This document shows, one piece after another, positions 1 through 13,469 of a DNA stretch of 64,000 nucleotides. How positions within the stretch are numbered: position 1 is the first letter of the stretch; every line of letters begins with the position of its first letter. The DNA comes from Octopus sinensis (taxonomy: Eukaryota), in the NCBI RefSeq assembly GCF_006345805.1, contig NC_042997.1, positions 128,216,001 through 128,280,000 on the forward strand, given 5' to 3'. The notes under the pieces are model-generated. The model was given only the letters and a program-made list of their open reading frames with translations, did no database searches and was not told where the DNA came from. The position numbers and the translations under genes are program-made.

Positions 1-364
1 TTCCGTTAATTGAATACTGCTGGACACGGCTGTAGGAAGGTATACTGGACATAAAAAGGTCGAAACGATGGTCATCTCTAGTAGACAGTCAATAGAGATT
101 GTCTGGAAGCGTGTGATTTGCGTTGATAACAAAAACTGTAACAACGACACCATCAAAAGAATGCTTAGTCACATAGGCAAAAGACCACACATCTTAGGAT
201 GGCGAAGAAAATTAAACCGACCTCTTTATATGACTGGTATTCGTTATCATTGCCCTGGGAGCGATGAAAAGTAAAGTTGACCATTGCAAATATTTGGACA
301 GAGAAAAAGAAATAGATGAATGAAGCACAATACATTAGATGTAGGCAGCAATCAAACAGGTTGC

Positions 365-400
<36 letters not shown>

Positions 401-818
401 GCTTTCACTTTCACTTTCACTTTCCTCTTTTTTTCTCTTTCTCTCTCTTTCTTTCCACTTATATCAGTGTGAGAATGCATGTCTGTGTGAGTGTATGCAT
501 ATCTGTATGTGTGGTTGCGTGTGTCTAGGTATGTGGTGTGTCTAGGTGTGTATGTATATGTGTGTGAATGTGTGTGCTTATGCGTATAGGCGAACAGGAA
601 AAGTCGTTAAAATGTTGTATAGAATACATTGAGATTCATTCCGACACAAAGCGGTTCGAGTTCGATTCTCGACGAGGTTAACTTTATTTTTTATCCACTC
701 GAGTTCGATAGATATAGTACTCGTACGGTACCGGAAACGATCTCTCTCCTCCCCCCCCCTCTCGCTCTCACGCTTTTTCTCTCTCCCATTCCCTCTTTCT
801 CTCTTTTTCTTTCTTTCC

Positions 819-872
<54 letters not shown>

Positions 873-1370
873 CTCACACACACACAAACACACAAACGCT
901 CACGCACTCGCTTTTTCTTGCATTGTCTCTCTCCACATGTCTTTCTTTCAAGAAGCAATCTGCTGTGGTCAAACGTGAAGAATGTTCTCTGCCGGATGTA
1001 CGTAACTTGACGGCCGGAAATTTGTGACCAGAGTAGCGAAAATCATGGGTTATGAATGAATGCGTATACGGACGACATAAACAGTAAACTCAATTCACAT
1101 ATTTTAGTCTTGTGTAAGTAGACTTCGTGAGTAAACTTCGTTGGCTTCGGCAGTTTGAATCGATGATCGAACTGACGAATTCAATCAAAGCGTGTATGAT
1201 ACTTTTAGTGAGTTAGAAACTGAAGAAAAGATTCCTAGAACAGCTTCAGTTACCATTTATTGAAAGAGAAGAGTTTTTGCCATTATTTGAGTTTCATGGT
1301 CTGCGATCTTTCAGAGTAGTGACCAAAGCATTAGATTATGCATAGATGTTCGCGCATTCACACACACGCG

Positions 1371-1434
<64 letters not shown>

Positions 1435-2354
1435 GTCATCATCATCATCATCATTTTTTGCTTTCCATATTACATTTGCTTTCCATATTACGTTTGCTTT
1501 CCATATTAACTTGGGGTTGGTGTGTGCGTGTGTTTGTGTGCATGTGAATCTGTGTGCAGATATAGAACTTCTGGAGACTTTGTCTTGCAGTACAAATCAC
1601 ATGTAAGCTCTCACTTTAAACACTTGGTTGTGACTCCCTATGTGCCTCTCTTGGGCTAGCACCACTTTGCATGAGGTCGGGACACATTCCACTGTTGGTT
1701 TACCTAGGTAGAGTGGGTATGCAGAGTTATCTAGGTTTCCCCCACTTTATCAGGTTTGTTTCAAGGACGGGGGTCATATACAAAAATCCATACTGATAAA
1801 CGTCTACCGAAAAGATACCACTGTCTGAGGAATCTCCAGAATAACGACATGAAACTCAGGATAATGCAATGCTGAAATCTAAAACTAGGACTATAAATAT
1901 AAATATTTACTCTACAGAAGCATTGCGTTCTCTTCTTACATTGTTCATAGCATTGCCGTGGACGTTATAAAGACTTATAAACACATTACTTCCTACACAC
2001 ACAATGGGCCATTCATTATGTGTCTTTCACACTCAGCGATTGACCACTCAACATTTTTATATCTCAAACTTACACACACACACACACACATGATGTATGT
2101 ATGTATGTATGTATGCATATATGTGTGTGTGTTTGTGCGTGTGTGTGTATATATATAAATATATATATATATATATGTATGTATGTATGCATGCATGCAT
2201 GTCTATCTGTCTATAAGTATGTATGCATGTATGTATGTATGTATGCACGTACGTACGTATGTATGTTTGTATGTATGTATGTATGTATGATTGTATGTAT
2301 GTATGTATGTATGTATGTATGTATGTATGTATGTATGTATGTATGTATGTATAT

Positions 2355-2650
2355 GTGCAGATTTGTATGTTTTGATTCTTGTATATATTTTCATGCATAT
2401 AGTTGCGTATCTAAACATGCTCATATATACTTCAGTGATAAATTTCTGAAAAGTTTTACAGATTTTTACGGTTCCAGTGATGGCTTCGATCTGTAGTCTT
2501 TGAATCAACCTTCTCCTTTCTGGTTTTGAGAAGCTTTGATTGGTATTTAGGCGGTGTGTTTCATATTCTAGTAACGCTATAATTACAAGCGTAAACCTGA
2601 ACTTGTAATCTGGAAAGGGTAACTGTAGATTCTTTAATAGTGCAGCGTTA
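2355..2650 (-). mobile_element. 3' end of a REL-endonuclease non-LTR retrotransposon (R4/NeSL-like) within a (TACA)n tract
   Basis: LKNLQLPFPDYKFRFTLVIIALLEYETHRLN...KPERRRLIQRLQIEAITGTVKICKTFQKF resembles the REL C-terminus (P.iiGAlG...lq..ai.GT.kI); short 3' UTR running into (TACA)n. Confidence 0.6.
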
Positions 2651-3154
2651 TGTATGTATGTATGTATGTATGTATGTATGTATGTATGTATTATGTATGT
2701 ACGTATGTATGTATGTATGTATGTATGTATGTTGTATGTATGTATGTATGTATGTATGTATGTATGAATGTATGTATGTATGTATGTAGACACCTGAATG
2801 AGTGAAGAAGCGAACAGATGCAGTAATGTTTTGAGGTACGGCACATCGATCAGTTGCCTGGGATTCTCACAGGTCTAGGAGCCCAATTCTAGTTTATGTA
2901 TACCGTGATTTGCAATTAATAAGTAAATACTATTGGGCCGAGTATACTGATTTGCCCGGGGGACAATAATGTTGATGGGACGGCCCTGGCTGGAAGTAAC
3001 TCTCGACACATATTGTTGGTGTTGCATTTATTGAATAACATGTTGACTTAGCTCTTCATGTTACTTAAAGTTTCATGAACGTAAAAAACACACGACCATA
3101 TATGTGTATGGCTTGTATATAAGTGTCTGTGTGCATGCATTATTGTAGTGAATT

Positions 3155-3196
<42 letters not shown>

Positions 3197-3479
3197 TGTG
3201 TGTGTGAGTGTGTGTCTGTGTCTGTGTCTGTGTCTGTGTGTGTGTGTTGTGTGTGTGTGTATGAAACTGCTGTTGTTGCTTATCTCAGTCTTGATCGAGG
3301 TCAGTCTTGATCTAGAGGACGTGCCTTTGAGCAGCATTTTAGCCGTGCCCATTGCATCTTTTGCCTATATGAGAAGTACCCAGAGCATACTTAATCTGAT
3401 GTGTCATTCATAAGACGGTTGAGTATGATCTGTGAGAGATTTGACTGCTATTTCTAGCTAGTCGAGATTCTTGGTCGAT

Positions 3480-3940
3480 GATGTCTGCTTGACTTTGAGT
3501 CAAGCAGACTCAAAGTTCTGGCTTCAGAGGGGCTGTGATCAGAACCTCAATGAGAGCAAAAAGTGTTGGAGGTGTGCAGCGTGTGGCCGTGTACTCCTTT
3601 CCAAGGCTGGGTGAGCCAACCATCTGAAGTCTCGTGAAAGATCAACTGTATGCAACATCCTTCCTCCTAGACCAGGGGTATAGCGTGTGGAATGTCTTGC
3701 AAATCGAATCGGGAAAGAAGAGTCATATGGCAGTTCACACGGATCATATCTCACAAAGTGATCCGATCAATCTAGTGAAGTCACATCTTTCGTCTGTCTT
3801 CTATTCTTCAAATCATGCAGATCTGCAGTGGAACTGAATCGTCATCGGAGAGGTCATAGATGGAATGTCAGAAATGCCATTGACAACGAGGACTATCAGA
3901 GAGACGGCTATCATCTGTGAAGGTACAACAACCACCATGT
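3480..3940 (+). mobile_element. 3' end of an RTE-like LINE with degenerate C-terminal C2H2 zinc fingers and an (ATGT)n tail
   Basis: DFESSRLK, then CAACGRVLLSKAG*ANHLKSR (C-x2-C-x12-H-x3) and FVCLLFFKSCRSAVELNRHRRGH; contains stops; a diverged copy lies at ~52055-52260 on the minus strand. Confidence 0.65.
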
Positions 3941-4039
3941 ATGTATGTATGTATGTATGTATGTATGTATGTATGTATGTATGTATGTATGTATGTATGT
4001 ATGTATGTATGTATGTACGTACGTACGTACGTATGTATG

Positions 4040-4070
<31 letters not shown>

Positions 4071-4092
4071 GTATGTATGTATGTATGTATGT

Positions 4093-4412
4093 ATGTATGT
4101 ATGTGTGTATGTAAGGGGACCGTGGCTTAGTGGTTAGGATATTGCACTCACGATCCCGAGATCGTGGTTTCAATTCTTGAACCAGGGGGTGTGTTGTGTT
4201 CTTGAGCAAAACACTTCACCTCAAGTTACTCTGCGATCGCTTCGACACCTGACCTGTGGTACACTGTGGCACCATTCAGGCAACGTCGATTGATGGAGGG
4301 AGTGAGCGAATGTAAAGGACATACGTTTGATCACAATAAACAATCAGTTTGCAAGTCGTCCAGCAAGAAAATCCAGACCGTCTTTCACAGACCACGAGAC
4401 ACTACCATCATC
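4093..4412 (+). mobile_element. tRNA-derived SINE with CORE/V-like central domain
   Basis: A box (gtggcttagtggtt), B box (ggtttcaattc), ttgtgttcttgagcaaaacactt domain, ends in (ATGT)n. Confidence 0.65.
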
Positions 4413-4511
4413 ATGTATGTATGCATGTATGTATGTATTTATGTATGTATGTTGTATGTATGTATGTATGTATGTATGCATGCATGCATGTATGCATGTA
4501 TGTATGTATGT

Positions 4512-4611
4512 NNNNNNNNNNNNNNNNNNNNNNNNNNNNNNNNNNNNNNNNNNNNNNNNNNNNNNNNNNNNNNNNNNNNNNNNNNNNNNNNNNNNNNNNN
4601 NNNNNNNNNNN
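4512..4611. other. Assembly gap (100 N)
   Basis: Run of exactly 100 N between (ATGT)n and (GAA)n tracts. Confidence 1.
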
Positions 4612-4920
4612 GAAGAAGAAGAATAAGAAGAAGAGAAGAAGAAGAAGAAGAAGAAGAAGAAGAAGAAGAAGAAGAAGAAGAAGAAGAAGAAGAGCAACAT
4701 CATGAAGAAGACAGGGACTCAGAACATGAAGTATGCACCTTCCATCTTAAAAAGAGGGAAATCTTTAAAAAAAACCTCGAAAGCCTCAAGGCGATACAAA
4801 ATCCCAATCATAATCCCTAAAACACCAACAGCCTGAAGAAAACGCTGTGCTCACCGACATCTGCAACTGCTCCTACCAACACTGTCAAATTCCCAGAATC
4901 TGAATTCTTAGCAAAAGCTT

Positions 4921-5313
4921 AAGTGGCTGTGTGGTAAGTAGCTTACTTACCAACCACATGGTTCTGGGTTCAGCCCCACTGCGTGACGACAAGTGTCTTC
5001 TACTATAGCCTCGGGCCGACCAAAGCCTTGTGAGTAGATTTGGTAGACGGAAACTGAAAGAAGCCCGTCGTATATATGTATGCGTGTGTGTGTTTGTGTG
5101 TGTGTGTCTGTGTTTGTCCCCGTAACATCGCTTGACAACCGATGCTGGTGTGTTTACGTCCCCGTAACTTAGCGGTTCGGCATAAGAGACCGATAGAATA
5201 AGTACTAGGCTTACAAAGAATAAGTCCTGGGATCGATTTGCTCGACCAAAGGCGGTGCTCCAGCATGGCTTCAGTCAAATGACCTGAAACAAGTAAATGT
5301 GTAAAAGAGTAAA
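4921..5313 (+). mobile_element. SINE family A (tRNA head, CORE-like domain, internal microsatellite, tail ...ctgaaacaagtaaaagag)
   Basis: gtggctgtgtggtaag (A box), gggttcag.cccact (B box), gcaagtgtcttctactatagcc domain; at least 15 full or partial copies in the window. Confidence 0.85.
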
Positions 5314-6106
5314 GGAGTTTTAAAATCAGATAAACACCTAAATGAAATAACATAGTTGAGACCGATTGCTCTTTTATACCCGTCCTTAAAAGTCCAAGAA
5401 AGGCAAGTACTTACCATCAGTAGCCCGTATATTTTCTCTCCAAGTCACAACAGAGATATAACTCAACCATCATACGTAACATAGAAAAATGAACGAAGTC
5501 TTCGACAGCAAAGAAATCTCCCGCGCAAAACATTTTCACTGCGACTGATATCAGTAAAGCTTTCGGCTCCATTCCCAACTAACTACACAACAAAATCCCG
5601 CCGCGAATGCACGTGTTTGTTTATATATTTGCGTGTGCTTGTATTTGTGTGTTTGTCCCTCACCATCGCTTGACAACCGATGCTGGTTTGTTTACGTTCC
5701 TGTAACTTATCGGTGCCGCAAAACAGACGGACAGAATACGTTCCAGATTAAAAAAAAAGATAAATACTTTTGTCAATTTGTTCGACCAAGCCCTTCAAAG
5801 CGTTGCCCCAGCATAGCCGCAGTTCAATGACGGAAGTAAGTAAAAAGATCACTCTAAGAAACAACTCAATACGCTAACTAGCAAACTATCTTTCGGAGTT
5901 TGCCGTTTCTTGAATGGAGTATCGCAGAGATCTGTCTTCTCACCCATTCTTTTCAACTTATATCTACAAAACTACCCCACCCCCAAACTTCCAAATACAA
6001 TAACCCATCAAACTCAATAACATAAATACCCTACACTTACGGAAGATGTAAAGTATAGTTTTTTGTTGCTGCTGCACACTTCACGTCCACGGTATTTTTC
6101 ACAATA

Positions 6107-6342
6107 CTAGGGCGGCGAGCTGGCAGAAACGTTAGCACGCCGGGCGAAATGCGTAGCCGTATTTTGCCTGTCCGTTACGTTGTGAGTTCAAATTCCGCCG
6201 AGGTCGACTTTGCCTTTCATCCTTTCGGGGTCGATAAATTAAGGACCAGTTACGCACTGGGGTCGATGTAATCGACTTAATACCCATGTCTGTCCTTCTT
6301 TGTCCCGTCTGTGTTTAGCCCCTTGTGGGTAATAAAGAAATA
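6107..6342 (+). mobile_element. SINE family B with a 16-bp target-site duplication
   Basis: ggcggcgagctggcagaaacgttagc...gagttcaaattcc (B box)...aaagaaata; TSD ggtatttttcacaata at 6091-6106 and 6343-6358. Confidence 0.9.
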
Positions 6343-6369
6343 GGTATTTTTCACAATATGAAAACCTGT

Positions 6370-6527
6370 AGCAGTGGTTATGTGGTAAGTAACTTGCTTA
6401 CGGACCACATGGTTCCGGGTTCAGTCCCACTGCGTGGCACATTGAGCAAGTGTCTTTTACTATAGCCTCGGACCGACCAAAGCCTTGTAGGTGGATTTGG
6501 TGAATGGAAACTGAAAGAAGCCCGTCG

Positions 6528-6563
<36 letters not shown>

Positions 6564-6790
6564 TGTATGTATGTATGTTTGTGTGTATATGTTTGTGTGT
6601 CTGTGTTTGTCCCCACCAACTATGCTGGTGTGTTTACGTCCCCGTAACTTAGCAGTTCGGCAAAAGTGACCGATAGAATAAGTACTAGGCTTACAAAGAA
6701 TAAGTCCTCGGATCGATTTCCTCGACTAAAGGCGGTGCTCCAGCACGGCCACAGTCAAATGACTGAAACAACTAAAAGAGAGTAAGAGTG
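6370..6790 (+). mobile_element. SINE family A
   Basis: Near full-length copy with a (TATG)n core. Confidence 0.85.
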
Positions 6791-7025
6791 TGTATTTGGG
6801 TGTCCAAATAGTCAGAACAGTTGAGAGAGTGCAATGTATCCAGATTGTCATGCTGCACCTCGTAGCATTCATAACTGCATATGTCAGACTGTGTGGTGTA
6901 AGGCCCTCGGCTTAGACAAGCACATGGCGTGTCGAGGAAGATGAATCTGTGAGTCCACGCCTTGTCTTTCGGCCGATTGCTTGCCTGTCATACGGGGAAC
7001 TGCTTTATCAGGGCTGACCTAGAGT

Positions 7026-7180
7026 TAGACAACAACAACAACAACAACAACAACAACGGCACCGACACATTACAACCACTATGAAATTCACCATCGCCAC
7101 TACCACCACAATCACAACCACAACCACCGCCACAACCAGCACGCAAGTCTCTATCGAACTTCAGTTAATATCACCACCAT

Positions 7181-7211
<31 letters not shown>

Positions 7212-7354
7212 AGCAACAACTCTGTAACTACTACAACGACTACTACCACCATAACTACAGCATCATAACTTCTAACGCCATAATTACCAATATCACCGCC
7301 ACCACTATAACCACTTCCAATACACAACGAAAATGATCATTACTATGATCGCTA

Positions 7355-7389
<35 letters not shown>

Positions 7390-7744
7390 GCTACTACTAC
7401 TACTGCTACTGCTGCTGCTGCTGCTGCTGCTACGCCAAAATCAGTCATCGCCATGGTCTTCGACACCACCAATGCCCAGCACCGCACCACATAAAACAGT
7501 CATCACCAACACCGCCATCAATTCTACCACAACCACGGGCATCATCAACATCTCCACTACAACCACCACCACCACCACCACCACCACCACCACCACCACT
7601 AAACAACGCTTATCACCAACACCAGTGCTATCATCGCTGCTGCTACCATTATCAGCATCATCACCAACATCACCAATACCGCCACCATCACTAACACCAT
7701 CGGCGGCATCACCACCACCACCATCACGACGTCCGTCATCGTCG

Positions 7745-7783
<39 letters not shown>

Positions 7784-8053
7784 ATATAGCATTATCAATA
7801 CAATGCAATAATACAGTAAAACCGTCACTGTCCACCCGTCGTCCGTCTTTTAATATTTCTTTCTTCTTCATTTCTTCAATCATTTAATCGGTAATGGAAA
7901 CAACAGCAACAGCAACATCGATAGTAACATCAACAGTGGCAGCAGCAGCAGCGGCAGCAGCAGCACAGCAGTAACATCAGTGGTAGCAGCAGCAACAGAT
8001 GCAGCAGCAACAGATGCAGCAGCAACAGATGCAGCAGTAACATCACTAGCAGT

Positions 8054-8108
<55 letters not shown>

Positions 8109-8262
8109 ACATTAGCAATAGTAGGAACACCAGCATCACAGACAGCATCCTTGACAGCAGTAATATCGCTAGTAGTAGCAGCAGCAGCAGCAGCAACAGC
8201 AACAACAACAATACCATGAGTTGCAGCAACGGCAGCAGTTGCAGCAGCACTAACGGCCACAT
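7026..8262. repeat. Degenerate trinucleotide low-complexity region (ACC/ACT/ATC then GCA/GTA)
   Basis: Mixed triplet runs; this is the source of the poly-T/V/A/L ORFs. Confidence 0.9.
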
Positions 8263-8617
8263 GCTATATAGATAAACAACACCATGAAGAAATTATATAC
8301 AAATACAATACAACGACCACTAGTTATCCGTACCATCCTCCATTTCAGCTACCATTCACATTTAAGAAATCGACGTAACTCTACCAGTTCCACCATCGAT
8401 ACCCATATCCGTTGTATACACAATCACAATTCCGACACATAGTTTCCGTTATTGCACATCGCCGACCGACCGCTAGTATTGGCGGAATCGGACAAAACGT
8501 TTGCTGTGCTTAGATTCCGAGTTCAAATTCCGGCGAGGTCAAAGTCAAAATTTGTCTTTCATCATTCCAGGTTCGATAAGATAGTATAGTGTATATATAT
8601 ATACAATATAAATATAC

Positions 8618-8687
<70 letters not shown>

Positions 8688-8689
8688 TA

Positions 8690-8945
8690 TAATAAATATT
8701 AGGGAATAAATCCACATTTACAGGAAAAAAATCAGATTTAGGATTAAATCGATTTTATAGTAAAATATTATAAAATATTATTCGAGACAAAACCACTATT
8801 TGCAAAACAAACAAGGAAAGACTTAATTAATACATAAAATTTTAATAAATAGTCAAAAAAACCGCCACTACAATCGTTTCTTGTCTTGATCGACAATCTT
8901 CAGGTGGACTTCCAATAATTCAGTGTCAAATTATGAAGTTATATA
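8690..8945 (-). mobile_element. Probable Penelope-like element terminal repeat (pLTR) remnant carrying a hammerhead
   Basis: Highly similar to 41873-42112 (agggaataaatcca...ccgccactacaatcgtttc...aggtgga); lies beside (TA)n; contains the hammerhead core. Confidence 0.6.
8865..8907 (-). ncRNA. Minimal type I hammerhead ribozyme motif, intact core (family 1)
   Basis: Minus strand reads CCAC-CUGAAGA-UUGUC(GAUCAA)GACAA-GAAAC-GAUU-GUA-GUGG: helix I CCAC/GUGG, full core, 5-bp helix II, GUA cleavage triplet. Confidence 0.8.
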
Positions 8946-9162
8946 TATATATAGAATTATATATATATATAGAAACATAAAAACATTTGTATGTATATAT
9001 ATAAATAATAATATCAGGGTAATAAAGATTTTAGAAATTTTTACTACCTATGGCCTAGCGTGTAGAAAAATTAGTCAACAGACAATATATTATTCCTATA
9101 AATACAACAACAATAGCAACAATACTAACTTGTACACTGTATTTATATGAATATAAATATGC

Positions 9163-9199
<37 letters not shown>

Positions 9200-9962
9200 G
9201 CTTAAATTTAGATTCGTATATCTGTGTGTGTGTGTGTGTGTACGTGCGAGTGTATGTATATATATATGTGTATATGTGAGGTTATATACGTATATGTGTA
9301 TATGTGCGAGTATGTATTTATGTTCGTAAGGAAGGATGGATGGATGGATGGATGGATACTTGAAATGTTTGTGAATGGAATTATTAGGAGAGAAACGAAA
9401 AGCTACCGGTCTTACCAGTGACATACAAAACTACTCATGTCCACATCATAGGCATAGTATAGTATAACTCGATTTGCTAGAAACAGCAGCCAAATCTCTC
9501 AAATCACACCTTTCCATCTGAGAAAAGTGGTTTTGAGTGCACTGTAACTGTGAATATGAGAGAATTGTCATGACTGGCATGTATTTAATCATGGGTCTAC
9601 CCCATTAGAGAATGCCAAGGGCTAAACAACAACAAAACATCAACAACGATCACAATTTTAAAAATCGTAAAACCATTTCTATCGCCATCGTCATCATGGC
9701 ATCAACTTCCCCATCTTACCATCACCCTCACTAACATATTACCTTCCCCACTGCCATCGTCATTATAAAACCATCTACCCCATTTTACCATCACCGCCAC
9801 TACCATGTTACCATCCACAACGCCAATCGCCACTGTAAGGCCACCTACCACCCCGTCACACCGTCACCATCGCCACCACCATAATACCATCGGCGTCGCA
9901 TTTACGAGAGCAATCTCGCAAATTTTCGCCCTCTTTTATACTAACATACCATCAGTACCACC

Positions 9963-9995
<33 letters not shown>

Positions 9996-10385
9996 GTCAT
10001 CATCATCATTATCATCGTCATCATCATCATCGTCGTCGTCGTCGTAATCAACATCATCATATCACTGATATCGTTAACGTCATCATATTTTTAATTCCTT
10101 CAACCATACCACCAACACGATCGACCACGTGCACAATACCATCGTGAGTTTCACTGGAGTCATTCAACCGCCATGTCATTAATCATACCATTAACCATTA
10201 ACCATATCACTAACTATATAACCAAACCATACCACTAGCTATACCATCTACATGCAATATTACCAAACACACCACGATATCACGAGCTTATTATACTAGC
10301 TATAACCAAGCACACGATAGTCATACTATCAACCATTGATAACTCATGGCAAGGAGTATTGTAAACATCACCACAAGGAAGGGAA

Positions 10386-10424
<39 letters not shown>

Positions 10425-10461
10425 AGAGCAGAAAGAGAGGGGAAGAGAAAGATAGATAGAG

Positions 10462-10536
<75 letters not shown>

Positions 10537-10744
10537 GATAGATAGATAGATAGAGAAAGATAGAAGGGAGGGGACGAAGAGTAAATTGACAGAGGGGTGA
10601 AATGTGATAGGAATTGAAGAAAACAGAGAGAGAAAACGGAGAGTGAGAAAGGTGCAGAGAGATTAAGAGAGGGGGTGGACAGAGAGGAGAAAGATAAAGA
10701 GTGGTAGGGAAGAGAAAACAGAGGAGGAAAGTATATGGAAAGAA

Positions 10745-10781
<37 letters not shown>

Positions 10782-10980
10782 TGAAAGTGTTGTGTGTGTG
10801 TGTGTGTGTGTGTGTGATAAAGGGAAAAAGAGATGGAGTGAGAGAGGCAGAGGAAATACTATGGAGAGAATGATGGAGAGTTATGGTGAGAGGAATACAG
10901 AGATCGATGGGAAAGATAGATGGGGATACAATGATATAATGAAGGGAGACAGAGCTTGATTAGAAAGAGAGAACGAAAAA

Positions 10981-11018
<38 letters not shown>

Positions 11019-11279
11019 TTTGAGATGAAGAGAAAGAGTGTGTGAGAGAGAGAGAGAGAATAAGCTATAAGCTTCATATCAACACTTGTGTTCTTTTGTT
11101 TTATCGTTGTCGTAATGTTAGCCTGATTTTCCTGTTCTTGTGGCGAATAAATAAGGAAATCACCGTTGTTGTAATTTATCCTTGTAACGTTCCTTTACCC
11201 CTGTGGCGAAATCAGTCTTTCCGTATTATCGTTATCATCGTTTTATTCTGCTCGCGCACGGAGTGATTGGTTTGCATTA

Positions 11280-11626
11280 CACACATACATACAAACATAC
11301 ATACATACATACATACATACATACATACATACATACATCTACACAAAAACTACATACAAACATACATACATACATACATACATACATACAAAACTACATA
11401 CAAACATACATACAAAAATACATACAAACTACATACATACATACATACATACATACATACATACATACATACATACATACATACATACATACATACAACA
11501 TACATACATCATACATACATACTACTATACATACAACATACATACATACATACATACATACATACATACATACAGACAGACAGACAGACATACATACATA
11601 CCTATAGTCATACATACATACATACA

Positions 11627-11658
<32 letters not shown>

Positions 11659-12003
11659 GTCATACATACATACATATAGTCATACATACATACATACATA
11701 CATACATACATACATACATACATACATACATACATAGCGGATACTGCTGATGGAGCTGCTGCTGGTGCCGCTGCTGTTGTTTCCCCACATCAAAAACAAA
11801 ACCAAGCTACAATCATTTACTTCAAACAATCTAGTATTTTGGAGGTGGTTTCTCGAGAACGAAGTTCAAACTTATTGTTTCTATTAATATTACTTAATAT
11901 CGCTTTCTTTCCCTCTCTCTCTTTTTTCCACCACCCCTCATCTTACTGCCCCTCTCTGTCTGTCCGTCTGTCTGTCTATCTATCTATATATCTATCTATC
12001 TCA

Positions 12004-12091
<88 letters not shown>

Positions 12092-12727
12092 AAATATATG
12101 TATGTATTACTTCTTATGATCGTCTCAATCTAAAGTTGAAATGATTATGAGAAATCTTTGTGTGTTCGTGTGTATCTAAATAGCATGTATGTACGTATGA
12201 ATATACGTATGTATGTATGTATGTATGTATGTATGTATGTATGTATGTATGTATGTATGTATGTATGTGTGTATATATGTATGTGTGTATGTATGTATGT
12301 ACGTATATACATACATGTATACACACACACACATATACGCAAATACACACACATCAAATTTTATCATGTATACTAAATTGAAAAGAAGTCTACTTCGACT
12401 GAAACTCAACGAAAATTAAATGTGTGAATATATGTGAGTGGGGTATGTATGTATGTATGTATGTATGTATGTATGTATGTATGTATGTATGTGTGTGTAT
12501 GTATGTATGTACGTATGTATGTATGTATGTAGTATGATGTATGTATGTGTATGTATGTATGTATGTATGTATGTACGTATGTACTCTGTACGTATGTGTG
12601 TATGTATGTATATATGTAGGTATGTATGTATATGTATATTGTATATGTACGTATTTCGTATGTATGTATGTATGTATGTATGTATGTAGTATGTATGTAT
12701 GTACGTACATATGTGTGTGTATGTATG

Positions 12728-12759
<32 letters not shown>

Positions 12760-12945
12760 CACGTATGTATGTATGTATGTGTATGTATGTATTATGTATG
12801 TATGTATGTACGTATGTACGTATGTATGTAGTATGTATGTGATACGTACGTAATGTTGTGTGTATGTTATGTATTTGTATGTACGTATGTATGTAATGTA
12901 TGTATGCATGTATGTACGTATGTATGTGTGCGATCGCGCATACAT
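11280..12945. repeat. (ACAT)n / (ATGT)n microsatellite complex
   Basis: Long tetranucleotide runs in opposite orientations (11280-11735, 12180-12945). Confidence 0.95.
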
Positions 12946-13205
12946 ACACGGAGAAAGTGAGATAAAGGAAACAGAGTTACACTTATTTCATTTAGACTTA
13001 GTTTACTTCCTAAAATATAATTCAAGTTCTTTTCATTGAAATTTTAAACAAATTGTAAGACTCCTAATACACACTGCATAGTTTGAGAGAAGCTTTCTTT
13101 CCTACATGTAAAAAAAGAAACAACAGAAGATAAATTCCTTTACTAGTTGAACAAGCCGACAGACGAAAATTGTACTCCCTGTCAATTTGGTCCTCTGTTC
13201 ATCTA

Positions 13206-13240
<35 letters not shown>

Positions 13241-13243
13241 ATC

Positions 13244-13337
<94 letters not shown>

Positions 13338-13469
13338 TTTGTACATACGTAAAACTGTCATTTGTACCCTCTCAGTTACATTATGTGTGCGTATATTTTG
13401 TGTGTATTTGTATGAAAGCGCCAAACGACCGCGGCGCAGCGAATTCACGCCTATAGTATTGTGTATGAT

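Noticed and set aside
45-85. Hammerhead-like fragment GAC...GTC-GAAAC-GATG-GTC
   Set aside because: The CUGANGA core is missing and helix I does not pair.
1217-1345. Protein-looking frame KLKKRFLEQLQLPFIEREEFLPLFEFHGLRSFRVVTKALDYA* after an AG
   Set aside because: Only 42 codons, weak polypyrimidine tract and no recognisable homology; compatible with chance.
7350-8110. (CTA/CTG)n and (TAG/CAG)n runs forming a loose inverted repeat about 700 bp apart
   Set aside because: Expected by chance among dense triplet repeats; no unique sequence pairs.
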